This document shows, one piece after another, positions 10,382 through 20,294 of a stretch of DNA of 64,000 bases. The position numbers and the translations under genes are program-made. The DNA comes from Candidatus Bathyarchaeum tardum (lineage in GTDB: Archaea; Thermoproteota; Bathyarchaeia; Bathyarchaeales; Bathyarchaeaceae): contig CP122380.1 in the NCBI GenBank assembly GCA_024650005.2, forward strand, positions 1,152,001 to 1,216,000, in the 5' to 3' direction. The number at the start of each line of letters is the position of its first letter. Position 1 is the stretch's first letter. Below the pieces are notes generated by a model. The model did not search any database. It was not told where the DNA came from and saw only the letters and a program-made list of their open reading frames with translations.

Positions 10382-12022
10382 TTATTTCTCCGAATCTAGC
10401 CAGTTCCTTGACTTTACAACTGTTTTACCTGCTGCTTTCAGTTTTAAAGCATCCTTTTCGGGGCACATTTCTAAACAACGCAAACACAAGATACAGTTAG
10501 ATGTAGTAACGTCACCGCCTTTTTCTTCGTAAACTTCGGTTACCTGAGTTGGACAAACCCGTTTGCAAATTCCGCATTTGGTGCATTTTTCTTCTAGTTT
10601 CTCTAAACGCAGGACTGAAATCCATTTGAAAGGCGGGAACCTATGAAACAATGCAATTAATGCGCCCAGTGGACATAGTCTGCACCATGCTCGACGGTAA
10701 TAAAAGGAAACAACTGTAACTACCCCTAATACCATCAAGTTCAATGAGGTAACAAAGTATCCTAACTCAAAAAAAGTACCTGTTGTAACTTGGGCAATCC
10801 ATTCAAAGCGTATTAAACCCACTGAAGCTTCTAATAACACGCAAAAAGGTTTCATTGGACAAACTTGACAAAACGGTGCAGAAAAATATTGGTACACAAA
10901 ACCTCCTTTTTCGGTTCCAGGAATTAATTGGGCACCTACTATTGCTTCTGCTCCGAACATGAAACTTAGAACTATTATTAGAGCTAAAATAACGTACCCG
11001 AGTTGATGGAATTTCTTGTTGAAATCTTTCGAGAAATCTTTATGAGGAATTTTAAAATTTTTTCTCAGATATGTAAGCAAATCCATGTACAACCCAAAAG
11101 GACAAACCCATCCGCAGAAGGCTTTGCCAAAAATAATGGACAATAGTATTATTATTCCAAAAATTACGGCTAATCTAACTAATCCTGAGCTATTGTAATC
11201 TACTCCCCAGCCGTGGGTTCCTTCCCAGAATGGGAAAAGGTACGTTTGAATTTCCCAGAGGGCACATGTGACAGTTCTTCCACAGGGATAGTAACAACCA
11301 AAAAATGGAACTGGAAAACCATCTGCCATTTCAACTCCCATAACGTTTGTTCCGACTAAAAATTCGTGAACTGGAATTCTGCTTGCAGGCACGGGCAAAA
11401 TTTCGTGGTCTATGAACATGCCAAAGAAAATCAGAAAAACTAACCCGACTTGGATAAATAATCTTAACGCGCTTATTTTTCTGGATTTGTTTTTTCTTCG
11501 CACAAATGCAAACACGCCGCCAATGCTTACTGTTGATATTGCAGCTGTTATCAAAAGAAGATTGGGCTTAAATGGAGAGCCAACAATAGGGACAGGATTT
11601 TCTGGATCTGCATTTGGGTCTGTTACTGTTACTCCGAGCCTGTCGTTAATGTGACCTAGAATAGGAAAAACGTTCCAGTAACCTGCCATATCCAAGGCTT
11701 GTGTAACCGCAAAGTCTCCTGTTTCTGCATCTGCTATTACAATTTGGTCAATATAGCTATAATCGGGTCTAACAAAGGTCACTCTTACTGTTCGGTCTAA
11801 TTCTGTGATTTCTTCTTCATCTGTTCCTAAACAAATGGTTCCAGTTACAGTAACGTTTTCGTAAATGTTGATTTCAGTGGAAGAAATGGTTGCAGTAATG
11901 TGAGGACCATAACAACTAGAAACTGGCTGGCAAACAAGGGCACCAACAGTGATGGAAACAGCAACAAAGATAAAAATTATCCAAAAGAAATTCTTAGATT
12001 TGCCTCTTTTTTTGTTAACCAT
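10382..12022 (-). CDS. NapH/MauN/YccM-type membrane 4Fe-4S protein with an N-terminal Ig-like extracellular domain
   Basis: FCGWVCPFG, FCQVCP, WCRLCPLG, and two CxxCxxCxxxCP ferredoxin motifs; start placed at ATG 12022. Confidence 0.85.
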   Translation of the reverse strand: MVNKKRGKSKNFFWIIFIFVAVSITVGALVCQPVSSCYGPHITATISSTEINIYENVTVTGTICLGTDEEEITELDRTVRVTFVRPDYSYIDQIVIADAETGDFAVTQALDMAGYWNVFPILGHINDRLGVTVTDPNADPENPVPIVGSPFKPNLLLITAAISTVSIGGVFAFVRRKNKSRKISALRLFIQVGLVFLIFFGMFIDHEILPVPASRIPVHEFLVGTNVMGVEMADGFPVPFFGCYYPCGRTVTCALWEIQTYLFPFWEGTHGWGVDYNSSGLVRLAVIFGIIILLSIIFGKAFCGWVCPFGLYMDLLTYLRKNFKIPHKDFSKDFNKKFHQLGYVILALIIVLSFMFGAEAIVGAQLIPGTEKGGFVYQYFSAPFCQVCPMKPFCVLLEASVGLIRFEWIAQVTTGTFFELGYFVTSLNLMVLGVVTVVSFYYRRAWCRLCPLGALIALFHRFPPFKWISVLRLEKLEEKCTKCGICKRVCPTQVTEVYEEKGGDVTTSNCILCLRCLEMCPEKDALKLKAAGKTVVKSRNWLDSEK

Positions 12023-12055
12023 TGGTACCAATAGTTCTCTTGTTGATGTGAACAA

Positions 12056-12086
12056 AAAAGGTTTTTTATCAAGAAACCTTGACTAA
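12056..12086 (-). promoter_or_regulatory. 31-bp operator plus BRE/TATA-like block upstream of the 4Fe-4S/NosD operon
   Basis: Exact reverse complement of 7504-7534. Confidence 0.7.
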
Positions 12087-12303
12087 TTTATTCAGTGGTG
12101 ATATATCCACGTACACCGTTATTCTTGCAACCCTCTCTTTTTTTGTTTGTTCAGAAGTTGATGCGTGAATAAGAAAAAAACAAATCAAGTCCTATACAAA
12201 GACATCAAAGAAAAAGATGTTGAATTAATTATTCTTGGTTTAGTCTATGGTCAAGGAAAAGCTTTTGTATTTTAGAAAGTATAAGGTGAAAAATGTGAAA
12301 ATT

Positions 12304-12936
12304 ATGAAAAAACCATTAGTTGCTTTAATAGTTATAATTTTGGCTGTAGCAGTTATTTCTGGAGTTTACATTGTAATGAATCTAGGTTCAGGTCCAGATC
12401 AACCAACAGATGCTACCCCTACTCCAGATCAACCAACAGATGCTACCCCTACTCCAGATCAACCAACAGATGCTACCCCTACACCAGATCAACCAACAGA
12501 TGCTACCCCTACACCAGATCAACCAACAGATGCCACGAACCCGACGTTAGGAGTAAATAGCTTTCAATACAAATTAAGCATAACCTTGTCAGGTGAACCC
12601 CAATCAGATATGCATTACACCTACAGTTACAAAAATGTTGGAACACAAAACATGATGTGGCGCCTTGACGTAACCACGGAAGAAGGTACATCAACCACCA
12701 TAGTTAATGGGGCTCAACAAAAAGTATGGATGATTTATGATGATGAAATCCTTGATATATCGTATGCGTTCACAGAACAATGGGATTCAATAATGGAAGA
12801 TTGGCAAGACGTTCAAGGTGATTTTGCAGATTGGCCTGGAACTCAGGAATGGACATACACTGTTGATGGTACAACTGCTAGAATTTATGATGTACAAACT
12901 AACCCTGTCCTCCCGGATTCATTATTCGAAGCATAA
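12304..12936 (+). CDS. Membrane-anchored secreted protein with a Pro/Thr repeat linker
   Basis: MKKPLVALIV TM anchor, (PDQPTDATPT)n linker, C-terminal domain ending LPDSLFEA. Confidence 0.7.
   Translation: MKKPLVALIVIILAVAVISGVYIVMNLGSGPDQPTDATPTPDQPTDATPTPDQPTDATPTPDQPTDATPTPDQPTDATNPTLGVNSFQYKLSITLSGEPQSDMHYTYSYKNVGTQNMMWRLDVTTEEGTSTTIVNGAQQKVWMIYDDEILDISYAFTEQWDSIMEDWQDVQGDFADWPGTQEWTYTVDGTTARIYDVQTNPVLPDSLFEA
12394..12533 (+). repeat. 30-bp in-frame tandem repeat, about 4.7 copies
   Basis: Unit CCAGATCAACCAACAGATGCTACCCCTAC(T/A), encoding PDQPTDATPT. Confidence 0.95.
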
Positions 12937-13366
12937 AATCTACAGCAAAGCATAAAAAGGTCAAAACAACCTTCTCAAACCCCATTTTCCTTTTTTGTTA
13001 AGTTAAATAATGGGCGCTTAGATAGTTTGAAATTATCTTTGTTCTCATATTCCTTTAGAAAAAAGTTGAAACCTAAGAGTTCAACAAGTACTGGAAGCAC
13101 AGAATGAAACCAAGCAACAAGGAAAAAGGCAACTCGTTAAAGCATTACAGAAAACGTTTGATAATACTCCTGTAACTGAGGATTTGGCACTTGAACAAGA
13201 AGCGAAAGAGAATGAGATGATGAATAACTTCACGGATTAAGAGAAGAAGATTACCCGTAAACACTTCTCTAACATTGAAAAACATTAACTTTCCATTGAC
13301 TAACCGGTTCTCTTTGGTTTGGATTTCAGTAAACATGATTTGTTGTGAGCATCGTGGATGAAAAAT

Positions 13367-13604
13367 TTAACAGGTTCCTTTTTTAGAGCTGATTAGTTTT
13401 GCGAAAAAACAAAATTGGGTTGTTAGTTGATTTGTTTTTTCATTGCTGTTAATAACTATGATTGTAACTATAAACGCAAATAGCAATAAAGTCCAATTGG
13501 TATTAGCATTGCTAATATTGTGTTGCCAAAAACGAGCGTGTAAACAACTGCGATAACCGTAACTGAAATCCAAATGGCGCTAGCAATTAAATTCTTTGAT
13601 CCAT
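13367..13604 (-). pseudogene. Probable frameshifted small membrane protein
   Basis: Hydrophobic segments KNLIASAIWISVTVIAVVYTLVFG...IPIG and LLLFAFIVTIIVI lie in different frames. Confidence 0.35.
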
Positions 13605-13685
13605 TTCTAAACTAAATTTGAACTTGGAACTTTTAGTATTTAGTTCTAGACATTAGAACAACTAAAGAAACAGATTGGAATCCAT

Positions 13686-14063
13686 TTACTTTTTTTCTAT
13701 GATGATTTTTGTTCCGCTTGTTACTTTTTCAAACAATTCTAGGTTTTTGGTTACTTTGCCAATTAAATTAACTGGACTGTATGGTTGGGTGTTTCCCCAG
13801 AATATACAAAAAGCGCTTCCCATAGGCCAGAATGCAAGATCACCTTTTTCTACAGTAGGCGAGGATTTTTCGTTTCCCATCTTTATTGGGATGTCAAAAT
13901 AGACTTCTTCTTGCCATAATGCCGACATTCCTTCGATGGGAAGTGCTTTTAGGATTGCGTCTGTTGTTCGGGGAGACTTTAGTCGAACTAGTTCTCCTTC
14001 TGCAGTGCCGATTCCTTCGATGGAAATTTTTATAGGGATGCGAGAAATGCTCATTTTAAACAC
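13686..14063 (-). CDS. Cyclophilin-like fold protein (DUF369-like)
   Basis: WQEEVYF, GDLAFWPMGSAFCIFWG, YSPVNLIG. Confidence 0.85.
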   Translation of the reverse strand: MFKMSISRIPIKISIEGIGTAEGELVRLKSPRTTDAILKALPIEGMSALWQEEVYFDIPIKMGNEKSSPTVEKGDLAFWPMGSAFCIFWGNTQPYSPVNLIGKVTKNLELFEKVTSGTKIIIEKK

Positions 14064-14314
14064 TGCTAATATTACCTATTTACTGATTATTATGTTTACT
14101 GCAAATTACTAAACAAAAAGTAACTTTAATGTTCACTCTTGCATGTTTTTTGTTAAATTAACATAATCTAAAAATTTTTGACTTAAAATCGTTGTCTTTT
14201 CGAGTGGAAAAAACTTTTATTATCTTTTATTCGAGGTTGTTTTATCAAAGAGAAATCTTTATATTCACAGTAATTTTCTACTTTTTCGTATTAAATTATA
14301 AGGAGAAATGATGA

Positions 14315-15991
14315 TTGTCTTCTGGATTAACTGGAACACCTGTTCTTATACTCCGTGATGGAGCATCCCGTTCACGCGGTCAAGAAGCCCAACACGCCAA
14401 TATCATGGCGGCACAGATCGTTGCTGAATCAGTAAAAAGTGCCCTTGGACCCCGTGGAATGGACAAAATGCTGGTCGATAGTTTCGGTGACGTAACTATA
14501 ACCAGTGACGGTCGTACAATTTTAGATGAAATGGACATACAGCACCCTGCAGCAAAAATGCTCGTAGAGGTAGCAAAAACACAAGACGACGAAGTGGGAG
14601 ACGGCACCACCAGTTCAGTAATAATAGCTGGAGAACTCTTAGCAAAAGCTGAAGAACTAATCGCAAAAAATGTTCACCCCACTGTAATCATTGATGGTTA
14701 CCGAAAAGCAGCAGAAAAAGCTTTGGAGGTCTTGGAAAAAATTGCCATCAAAACTACTTCGACTGACAAAAAAATGATAAAGAAGGCAGCTATGACCTCA
14801 ATGGCTAGCAAACTAGTTTCTGGCAGCCGAGATTACCTCAGTGATATTGCAACTCAAGCAGTTTTACAAGTTGCAATAAAAACTGGTGACAGCTACAAAG
14901 TCGACATTGGAAACATTAAGATAGAAAAGAAACCTGGAGAATCCTTGATTGATACTAAACTAATCAATGGAATAGTTCTTGACAAAGAAGCAGTTCATTC
15001 TGGAATGCCTAAACGTGTAGAAAATGCAAAAATCATTTTGGTTGACGCTGCTCTTGAAATAGAAAAAACAGAGTTTGATGCCAAAATTAATATCCAAAGC
15101 CCCGAGCAAATGGATGCCTTCCTAAAACAAGAAGAAAACATGATCAAAGCAATGGTTGACAAAATAGTCGCCAAAGGTGCAAACGTTGTTTTGTGCCAAA
15201 AAGGCATTGACGATTTGGCTCAGCACTTTCTAGCACGACAAGGAGTTCTTGCAGTTAGACGTGTAAAGAAATCTGACATGGAAGCCCTTGCTAAAGCAAC
15301 TGGAGCAAAAGTTGTAACAAATCTTGATGACATAAGTAAAAGTGACCTTGGCAACGCACAAGTTGTAGAAGAACGCAAAATCGGTGATGACAAAATGACC
15401 TTCATCGAAGGATGCAAGAATCCTTTGGCTGTTACAATTCTTATCCGTGGTGGAACACAAAGAATCGTTGACGAAGCTGACCGTTCACTACACGATGCAC
15501 TATGTGTTGTCGCAGACGTAGTTGAAGATCCTAAACTCGTAGGTGGCGGAGGTGCCCCAGAAATGGAACTAGCCAAAGCTCTACGGGAATATGCAGACAC
15601 TCTTCCAGGTCGTGAACAATTAGCAGTATTGCAATTTGCTGAAGCTTTAGAAATAATTCCAACAACATTAGCAGAAAATGCAGGACTTGATCCAATTGAT
15701 ATGATTTCCAGCCTTCGATCACAACATGAAAAAGGTATCCTCTGGGCAGGCGTAGACGTAGACACCGGCAAAGCTAGTGACATGGAAAAAGCAGGCGTGT
15801 TAGAGCCTATGGCAGTTAAAAAACAAATAATCAAATCCTGTTCCGAAGCTGCAACATTGATACTAAAAATTGACGACGTTATTGCTTCAGGAAAAACCAA
15901 AGCCCCTGCAGGTCCACCAGGAGGTATGGGCGGCATGGGTGGAATGGGTGGTATGGGCGGAATGCCTGGCATGGGCATGCCCGGAATGTAG
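14315..15991 (+). CDS. ths: Thermosome (group II chaperonin) subunit
   Basis: [24 protein letters not shown]-repeat tail. Confidence 0.97.
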   Translation: MSSGLTGTPVLILRDGASRSRGQEAQHANIMAAQIVAESVKSALGPRGMDKMLVDSFGDVTITSDGRTILDEMDIQHPAAKMLVEVAKTQDDEVGDGTTSSVIIAGELLAKAEELIAKNVHPTVIIDGYRKAAEKALEVLEKIAIKTTSTDKKMIKKAAMTSMASKLVSGSRDYLSDIATQAVLQVAIKTGDSYKVDIGNIKIEKKPGESLIDTKLINGIVLDKEAVHSGMPKRVENAKIILVDAALEIEKTEFDAKINIQSPEQMDAFLKQEENMIKAMVDKIVAKGANVVLCQKGIDDLAQHFLARQGVLAVRRVKKSDMEALAKATGAKVVTNLDDISKSDLGNAQVVEERKIGDDKMTFIEGCKNPLAVTILIRGGTQRIVDEADRSLHDALCVVADVVEDPKLVGGGGAPEMELAKALREYADTLPGREQLAVLQFAEALEIIPTTLAENAGLDPIDMISSLRSQHEKGILWAGVDVDTGKASDMEKAGVLEPMAVKKQIIKSCSEAATLILKIDDVIASGKTKAPAGPPGGMGGMGGMGGMGGMPGMGMPGM

Positions 15992-16000
15992 GAGCGTTAT

Positions 16001-16261
16001 AAACCCACGACAACCCCAAATGAAGTTTCAATTGGACCTGCCAAAATCACCCGTTTTGAACGGGCTCGCATAGTGGGAGCCAGAGCACTGCAAATCGCAA
16101 TGGGTGCTCCCCTTCTTATTGCCTCCCCGGCGGCACGTGCAGGGCCTATTGATATTGCAATAATGGAACTGGAATCTGGGATTCTTCCCCTAACTATTCG
16201 CAGAACACTGCCTAACGAAGAATACCAAGATGTCCCTCTCAAGTGGCTTTCAAAAGCTTAA
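16001..16261 (+). CDS. rpoK: DNA-directed RNA polymerase subunit K (Rpo6); start codon unresolved
   Basis: [27 protein letters not shown]...[10 protein letters not shown]; the conserved region begins upstream of the ORF-track GTG at 16073. Confidence 0.9.
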   Translation, partial: KPTTTPNEVSIGPAKITRFERARIVGARALQIAMGAPLLIASPAARAGPIDIAIMELESGILPLTIRRTLPNEEYQDVPLKWLSKA

Positions 16262-16425
16262 AACCTAATGCAATAGGGTTTTTCCCTATTTCTTTTTTAT
16301 AAATCATATTTTTTTGTAACGTCGACTTATTATGGCAACTTACAATCAAAGGTATTTTTCTAAATAATCGATTAAACACTTGAAAATGGAAAACTTTTAA
16401 ATTGTAAACTGTTACACACAAAGAT

Positions 16426-16534
16426 GTGGGTTTGCTGAGGCTCATGCACAGGCAATTGAGGAGTGAAAAAACGAATTTATTCTACTATATTATTCGTTGA
16501 TTTCATTTTTAATGTTTGAGCCAAGCATACTCAC
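16426..16534. repeat. MITE/ncRNA-like element, copy 1
   Basis: Shares TGGGTTTGCTGAGG, GTGAAAAAA, CTACTAT and TGTTTGA(A/G)CC with 44491-44610; ends are imperfectly complementary. Confidence 0.55.
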
Positions 16535-16888
16535 TTAATCTGAAAATTTGTTGTTTTGACATTTTATTAATAGTAATATTTTTTTTCTATAGTTACTGGA
16601 AATCAATTTAGGAATAACACAGTTTATGAAATCGAATAATGTATTCGAGATTTATACTTAATAACCAACAACGACGCAAGCGATAAAATTTTACAAAAAG
16701 TATGATATTTACTTATACAGACCAATTTCTGATTTTTATTTTGTGTTAGAAAATAACTTTGGATTGTGCTATTTGTCTGATAATCAAGAAAAATATTGTT
16801 TACATTAACCCTAGACTTGAACTAATAATGTTGGGTAATAAAAATTATTAAATGTGGGATTTTGTTGCCACATTTTTTTGTTTATTGT

Positions 16889-17221
16889 TTATTTTGCTGG
16901 TTCAGCTACAACGAGCTGTTTGTATATTTTGAGGTTTTTTCCTCCAGAAACGTATTCTACGAGTTTTCGTTTTTCCATTTCTTTAAGAAAAGCGTTAGCA
17001 ATGCTTAGTTTTACACTTAAGCGTGAAGCAACAATTGATGGTGTGAGTACTTTTAGTCCTTTAAGTTCAGCTAGTACTTTTTTGTCGTTTACGTCAGGAA
17101 CAGTCAAACCCAAAGTCTGTTTTTTGGCGACAGGTGCTACTTCTTTTTTTTCTCTTTTTTCTTTAGGTTCCTTTGTTTTAGTCATTTGCTTAAGAGATTT
17201 GTTCTTTTTTCCTCCGCCCAT
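16889..17221 (-). CDS. rps25e: 30S ribosomal protein S25e
   Basis: Lys-rich MGGGKK N-terminus, VLTPSIVASRLSVKLSIA wHTH, IY near the C-terminus. Confidence 0.88.
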   Translation of the reverse strand: MGGGKKNKSLKQMTKTKEPKEKREKKEVAPVAKKQTLGLTVPDVNDKKVLAELKGLKVLTPSIVASRLSVKLSIANAFLKEMEKRKLVEYVSGGKNLKIYKQLVVAEPAK

Positions 17222-17275
17222 TGTTCTTCACCTTTTCTTTTGAATTCCATTCGCCCTTTATAGCCTTTCTCCTTG

Positions 17276-18763
17276 CTATTGGACTTCACCGACTTGTTTT
17301 TTGTTTTGTTTTTTCCATTCTTCCAAGGGAATGCCCATGTCGTGTTCAACTTTTTCTCGGTGAATCGAGTTCATTGCACAGAATGGTATGATTCTGCCGT
17401 CTGGAACTGCGTAATGGATGCAGCATCGTTGAACCCGTTCCAAGTCGAAGTTGTATGGGTCCATGAAATGCATGGAAGAAACTAGTAGCATTTTTCTGTG
17501 AAGGTCTCCAAGGGAGTCGTAGCTTCCACTTTTGACGATGGGCAGCAGATATTTTCTGAGTAATCCGAATTTGATGTGTCTTAGCAGTCCGACCAGATGG
17601 ATTTTAGCAGATTTTGTCTTGCCTGCTTTGGCGTCTTCGTATACTTTTTCCATGGTGGACATGAATTTGTCAACGTTAACATAGCGGTTGATGGGCACCA
17701 TTTTGTCGCCTTCAATGAACACGTAAGTTGCCATTCCACAATGGGGATGGGTAGTGAATTCAACGTAGTCTTTGCCTTTCAGGGCAGCTACAGCCCGGCT
17801 GATAGGAACTACAGTAGGAACAGGGTAAAAGTCGTCGACTTTTATTAAGCCGTCTGTTTGTTCTTCGACTTTTTCCATGAAATCAGGTATTGTAATTCGC
17901 ATTTTTTCTCGTTCGTCTTCGTCTATTCTGCCGCAAATGCTTACAGGCTGGACATTTACACATCGAACAATGTCAAAGTTGTCTTTAGCGAAGCGTATAA
18001 TGTCGCCTATTTGATGGTCGTTAACGCCTTTTACAAGGGTAACAACAAGTACAAGGCTTAATCCTGCTGCGCGGCAGTTTTCGATTGCCTTCATTTTAAT
18101 GTCAAGAAGGTCAACACCCCGGGTGAATTCGTAAACGTCTGAGGTTAATCCGTCAAACTGCAAATAAATTGTGCTCAAGCCTGCTTCTACTAGTTGTTTT
18201 GCGAATTCAGGGTCGTTGGCTAATCGTAAGCCGTTTGTGTTGACTTCTACGTGATGGAAGCCTAGTTCTTTTGCTTTAACTATCAGTTCGGTCAAGTCTT
18301 TTCGTATTGTTGGTTCTCCGCCTGAAAACTGTAAAGCAGGCGGTCTTACAGGCTTGTTTTGGCGCAGGTTTTCGAGCATTTCAAAGATTTGCTCTTTTGT
18401 GGGTTCATACACGTATCCTGCACTTGCAGCGTTAGCAAAACAAACTGGGCAAGTAAGGTTGCACCTGTTGGTTATGTCGATGATTGCAAGGCCGGTGTGG
18501 CTTTTATGTTCTGGGCAGATTCCACAGTCTAAGGGGCATCCGTTTTTTGTTTCTGTTCTGGGGTTTTCAAGTCCAGTACCTTCGGCTCGTAGGCTTTCGG
18601 CTTTTTGGTAAATGTCGTAGTTGCTCCAGTATAGTTCAGTATATTTGCCGTGCTCATCGCAGGTTTTTTCTATGTAGACTTTGTTGTCGTCTTCATAGAT
18701 TGTAGCCTCTAGTACCTTGAGGCATTCCGGGCACAATGATTTTGTTTGTTTGATTACTTGCAT
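17276..18763 (-). CDS. tes: Radical SAM protein, tetraether lipid synthase (Tes/MJ0619) family
   Basis: TKSLCPEC...CDEHG, GCPLDCGICPEH, CNLTCPVC, THPHCG, RCCIHY...IIPFC. Confidence 0.85.
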   Translation of the reverse strand: MQVIKQTKSLCPECLKVLEATIYEDDNKVYIEKTCDEHGKYTELYWSNYDIYQKAESLRAEGTGLENPRTETKNGCPLDCGICPEHKSHTGLAIIDITNRCNLTCPVCFANAASAGYVYEPTKEQIFEMLENLRQNKPVRPPALQFSGGEPTIRKDLTELIVKAKELGFHHVEVNTNGLRLANDPEFAKQLVEAGLSTIYLQFDGLTSDVYEFTRGVDLLDIKMKAIENCRAAGLSLVLVVTLVKGVNDHQIGDIIRFAKDNFDIVRCVNVQPVSICGRIDEDEREKMRITIPDFMEKVEEQTDGLIKVDDFYPVPTVVPISRAVAALKGKDYVEFTTHPHCGMATYVFIEGDKMVPINRYVNVDKFMSTMEKVYEDAKAGKTKSAKIHLVGLLRHIKFGLLRKYLLPIVKSGSYDSLGDLHRKMLLVSSMHFMDPYNFDLERVQRCCIHYAVPDGRIIPFCAMNSIHREKVEHDMGIPLEEWKKQNKKQVGEVQ

Positions 18764-18852
18764 TAATTTGACACCACTGATAGGGGTAATATTTTTTATG
18801 TGATTGCAGATACTATAAGAAGGTTTCCAAACCATTCATAAGGTGAAAAAGG

Positions 18853-19620
18853 TTGAGCACGCCAGTAAGTGAAGACGCAAAAAAAGTTCTACACGAAGTA
18901 GGCCTAACAGAATACGAAACCCGAGCTTTTTTGATACTATTAGAACGGGGAGTAATGACAGCCAGCGAAGTCAGCGAACATGGTGGAGTCCCGTATTCTA
19001 AGGTGTATGAAACCCTCAATTCTTTAGAGCGCAAAGGCTGGGTAGAAGTCGAAAAAGGTCGCCCCAGCAGATATTTTCCCAAAGCTCCTACTGAAGCTCT
19101 GGAAGCAGAACGTTTACGTCTAGAAGGCATGATGAGCGGCTGGAAAAAAGTGGTGATGGGTGAGCTTCAGCCCCTTTACGAAAAACGTGAGTTAATGGAA
19201 AAGCCTGACATCTGGATACTAAGGGGAGAGTTTAGTGTCATGGCCAAGCTTCAAGAAATGTTAGAAGTAGTAAAATCAGAGTTGTTGGTTGCGGTTCCGG
19301 CTTTTGCTAAGAACTTTGTTGATGCTTCTGTATCCACTTTGGCTCAGGTACGAACAAGTGGGGTAGATGTTAAGGTAATGCTTGCCGGAAAATGGACCCA
19401 AAAAGAACTCGCAATTATTGATAATGTTCGTTTTCGGGATAACATGTTTGGTGGCGGAGTAATTGTGGACGGTAAAGAGGCACTTTTGTTTCTTGGTGAA
19501 GCTGACAAAAAACGCAGCTACGCCGGGCTCCTAGTCATCTGGAGCAACCACATCGGACTAGTAAAATTCGCCCGAGAATACTTCCAACTACTCTGGGACA
19601 CAGCAAAAACTGCCGTGTAA
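18853..19620 (+). CDS. TrmB family transcriptional regulator
   Basis: GLTEYETRAF...VPYSKVYETLNSLERKGWV wHTH plus C-terminal IVDGKE domain. Confidence 0.9.
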   Translation: MSTPVSEDAKKVLHEVGLTEYETRAFLILLERGVMTASEVSEHGGVPYSKVYETLNSLERKGWVEVEKGRPSRYFPKAPTEALEAERLRLEGMMSGWKKVVMGELQPLYEKRELMEKPDIWILRGEFSVMAKLQEMLEVVKSELLVAVPAFAKNFVDASVSTLAQVRTSGVDVKVMLAGKWTQKELAIIDNVRFRDNMFGGGVIVDGKEALLFLGEADKKRSYAGLLVIWSNHIGLVKFAREYFQLLWDTAKTAV

Positions 19621-19910
19621 TTTCCCATTTTTACATTCTTATATTCCCTTAATTTAAGTGCCATATGTTTTTAATATTTAAATTTATTAAAAAATGACAT
19701 AACAATTATTTGTGCACATTTTAGGTAAGGTTTAACTCCTTTTTTTGGCGTTAGCCTAAGTCTAAAAATATGGACTGGATTATACAAAGAATTTATAAGT
19801 TTGATTTGTAATATATAATTAATTGTTCGATTAATTGAGTAATTCAGTCGCTCAATTCGAAATATCGTCTCAGTTATCTTCAAACGAATGATTAAGAGGT
19901 GATAAATACA

Positions 19911-20171
19911 ATGAAAAAAATTATTGGAACAGTTATCGCAATTATTGCAGGATTGTATCTTCTTAGCAACATCATTTTTCCCCTTCAAGTTACTGAAACA
20001 ATGGTAGATGTAATCGAGGGTGATGAGAGAGCAACTGAAGAGTTAACCGATTTAATGGTTGAGGAAACAGTTGACACAGTCAAATCAGAAATAATTTGGG
20101 CAATCTTAGGTGCATTCGGTATAACTTCCGTAGCAGGTCTTATGGCGAAAATAAAAGGAGCTTTAAGATAA
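19911..20171 (+). CDS. Small two-TM hypothetical protein
   Basis: GAGGTGA SD, two hydrophobic helices flanking an acidic loop. Confidence 0.6.
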   Translation: MKKIIGTVIAIIAGLYLLSNIIFPLQVTETMVDVIEGDERATEELTDLMVEETVDTVKSEIIWAILGAFGITSVAGLMAKIKGALR

Positions 20172-20294
20172 CTGGTTTTATTGTTTGATTTATTGCGTTT
20201 TTTCCCACCAATAAGCAACGCGCATGCACCGCAAAGTGTTCCATTTGTTGGGTTGGTTGGGTTGTTCTATTTCTATATGGGTTTTTATGTTGTA

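Noticed and set aside
7504-12086. 31-bp inverted repeats as transposon ends
   Set aside because: No transposase inside and no target-site duplication visible; the sequence includes BRE/TATA-like bases and recurs at other promoters
12394-12533. 30-bp repeats as a CRISPR array
   Set aside because: The units are contiguous with no spacers and are in frame within a CDS
15220-15978. 252-aa antisense ORF and other shadow ORFs in the track (e.g. 4219-4704, 8179-8673, 49719-50102)
   Set aside because: They lie opposite well-supported genes and show no motifs; they are expected by-products of codon bias
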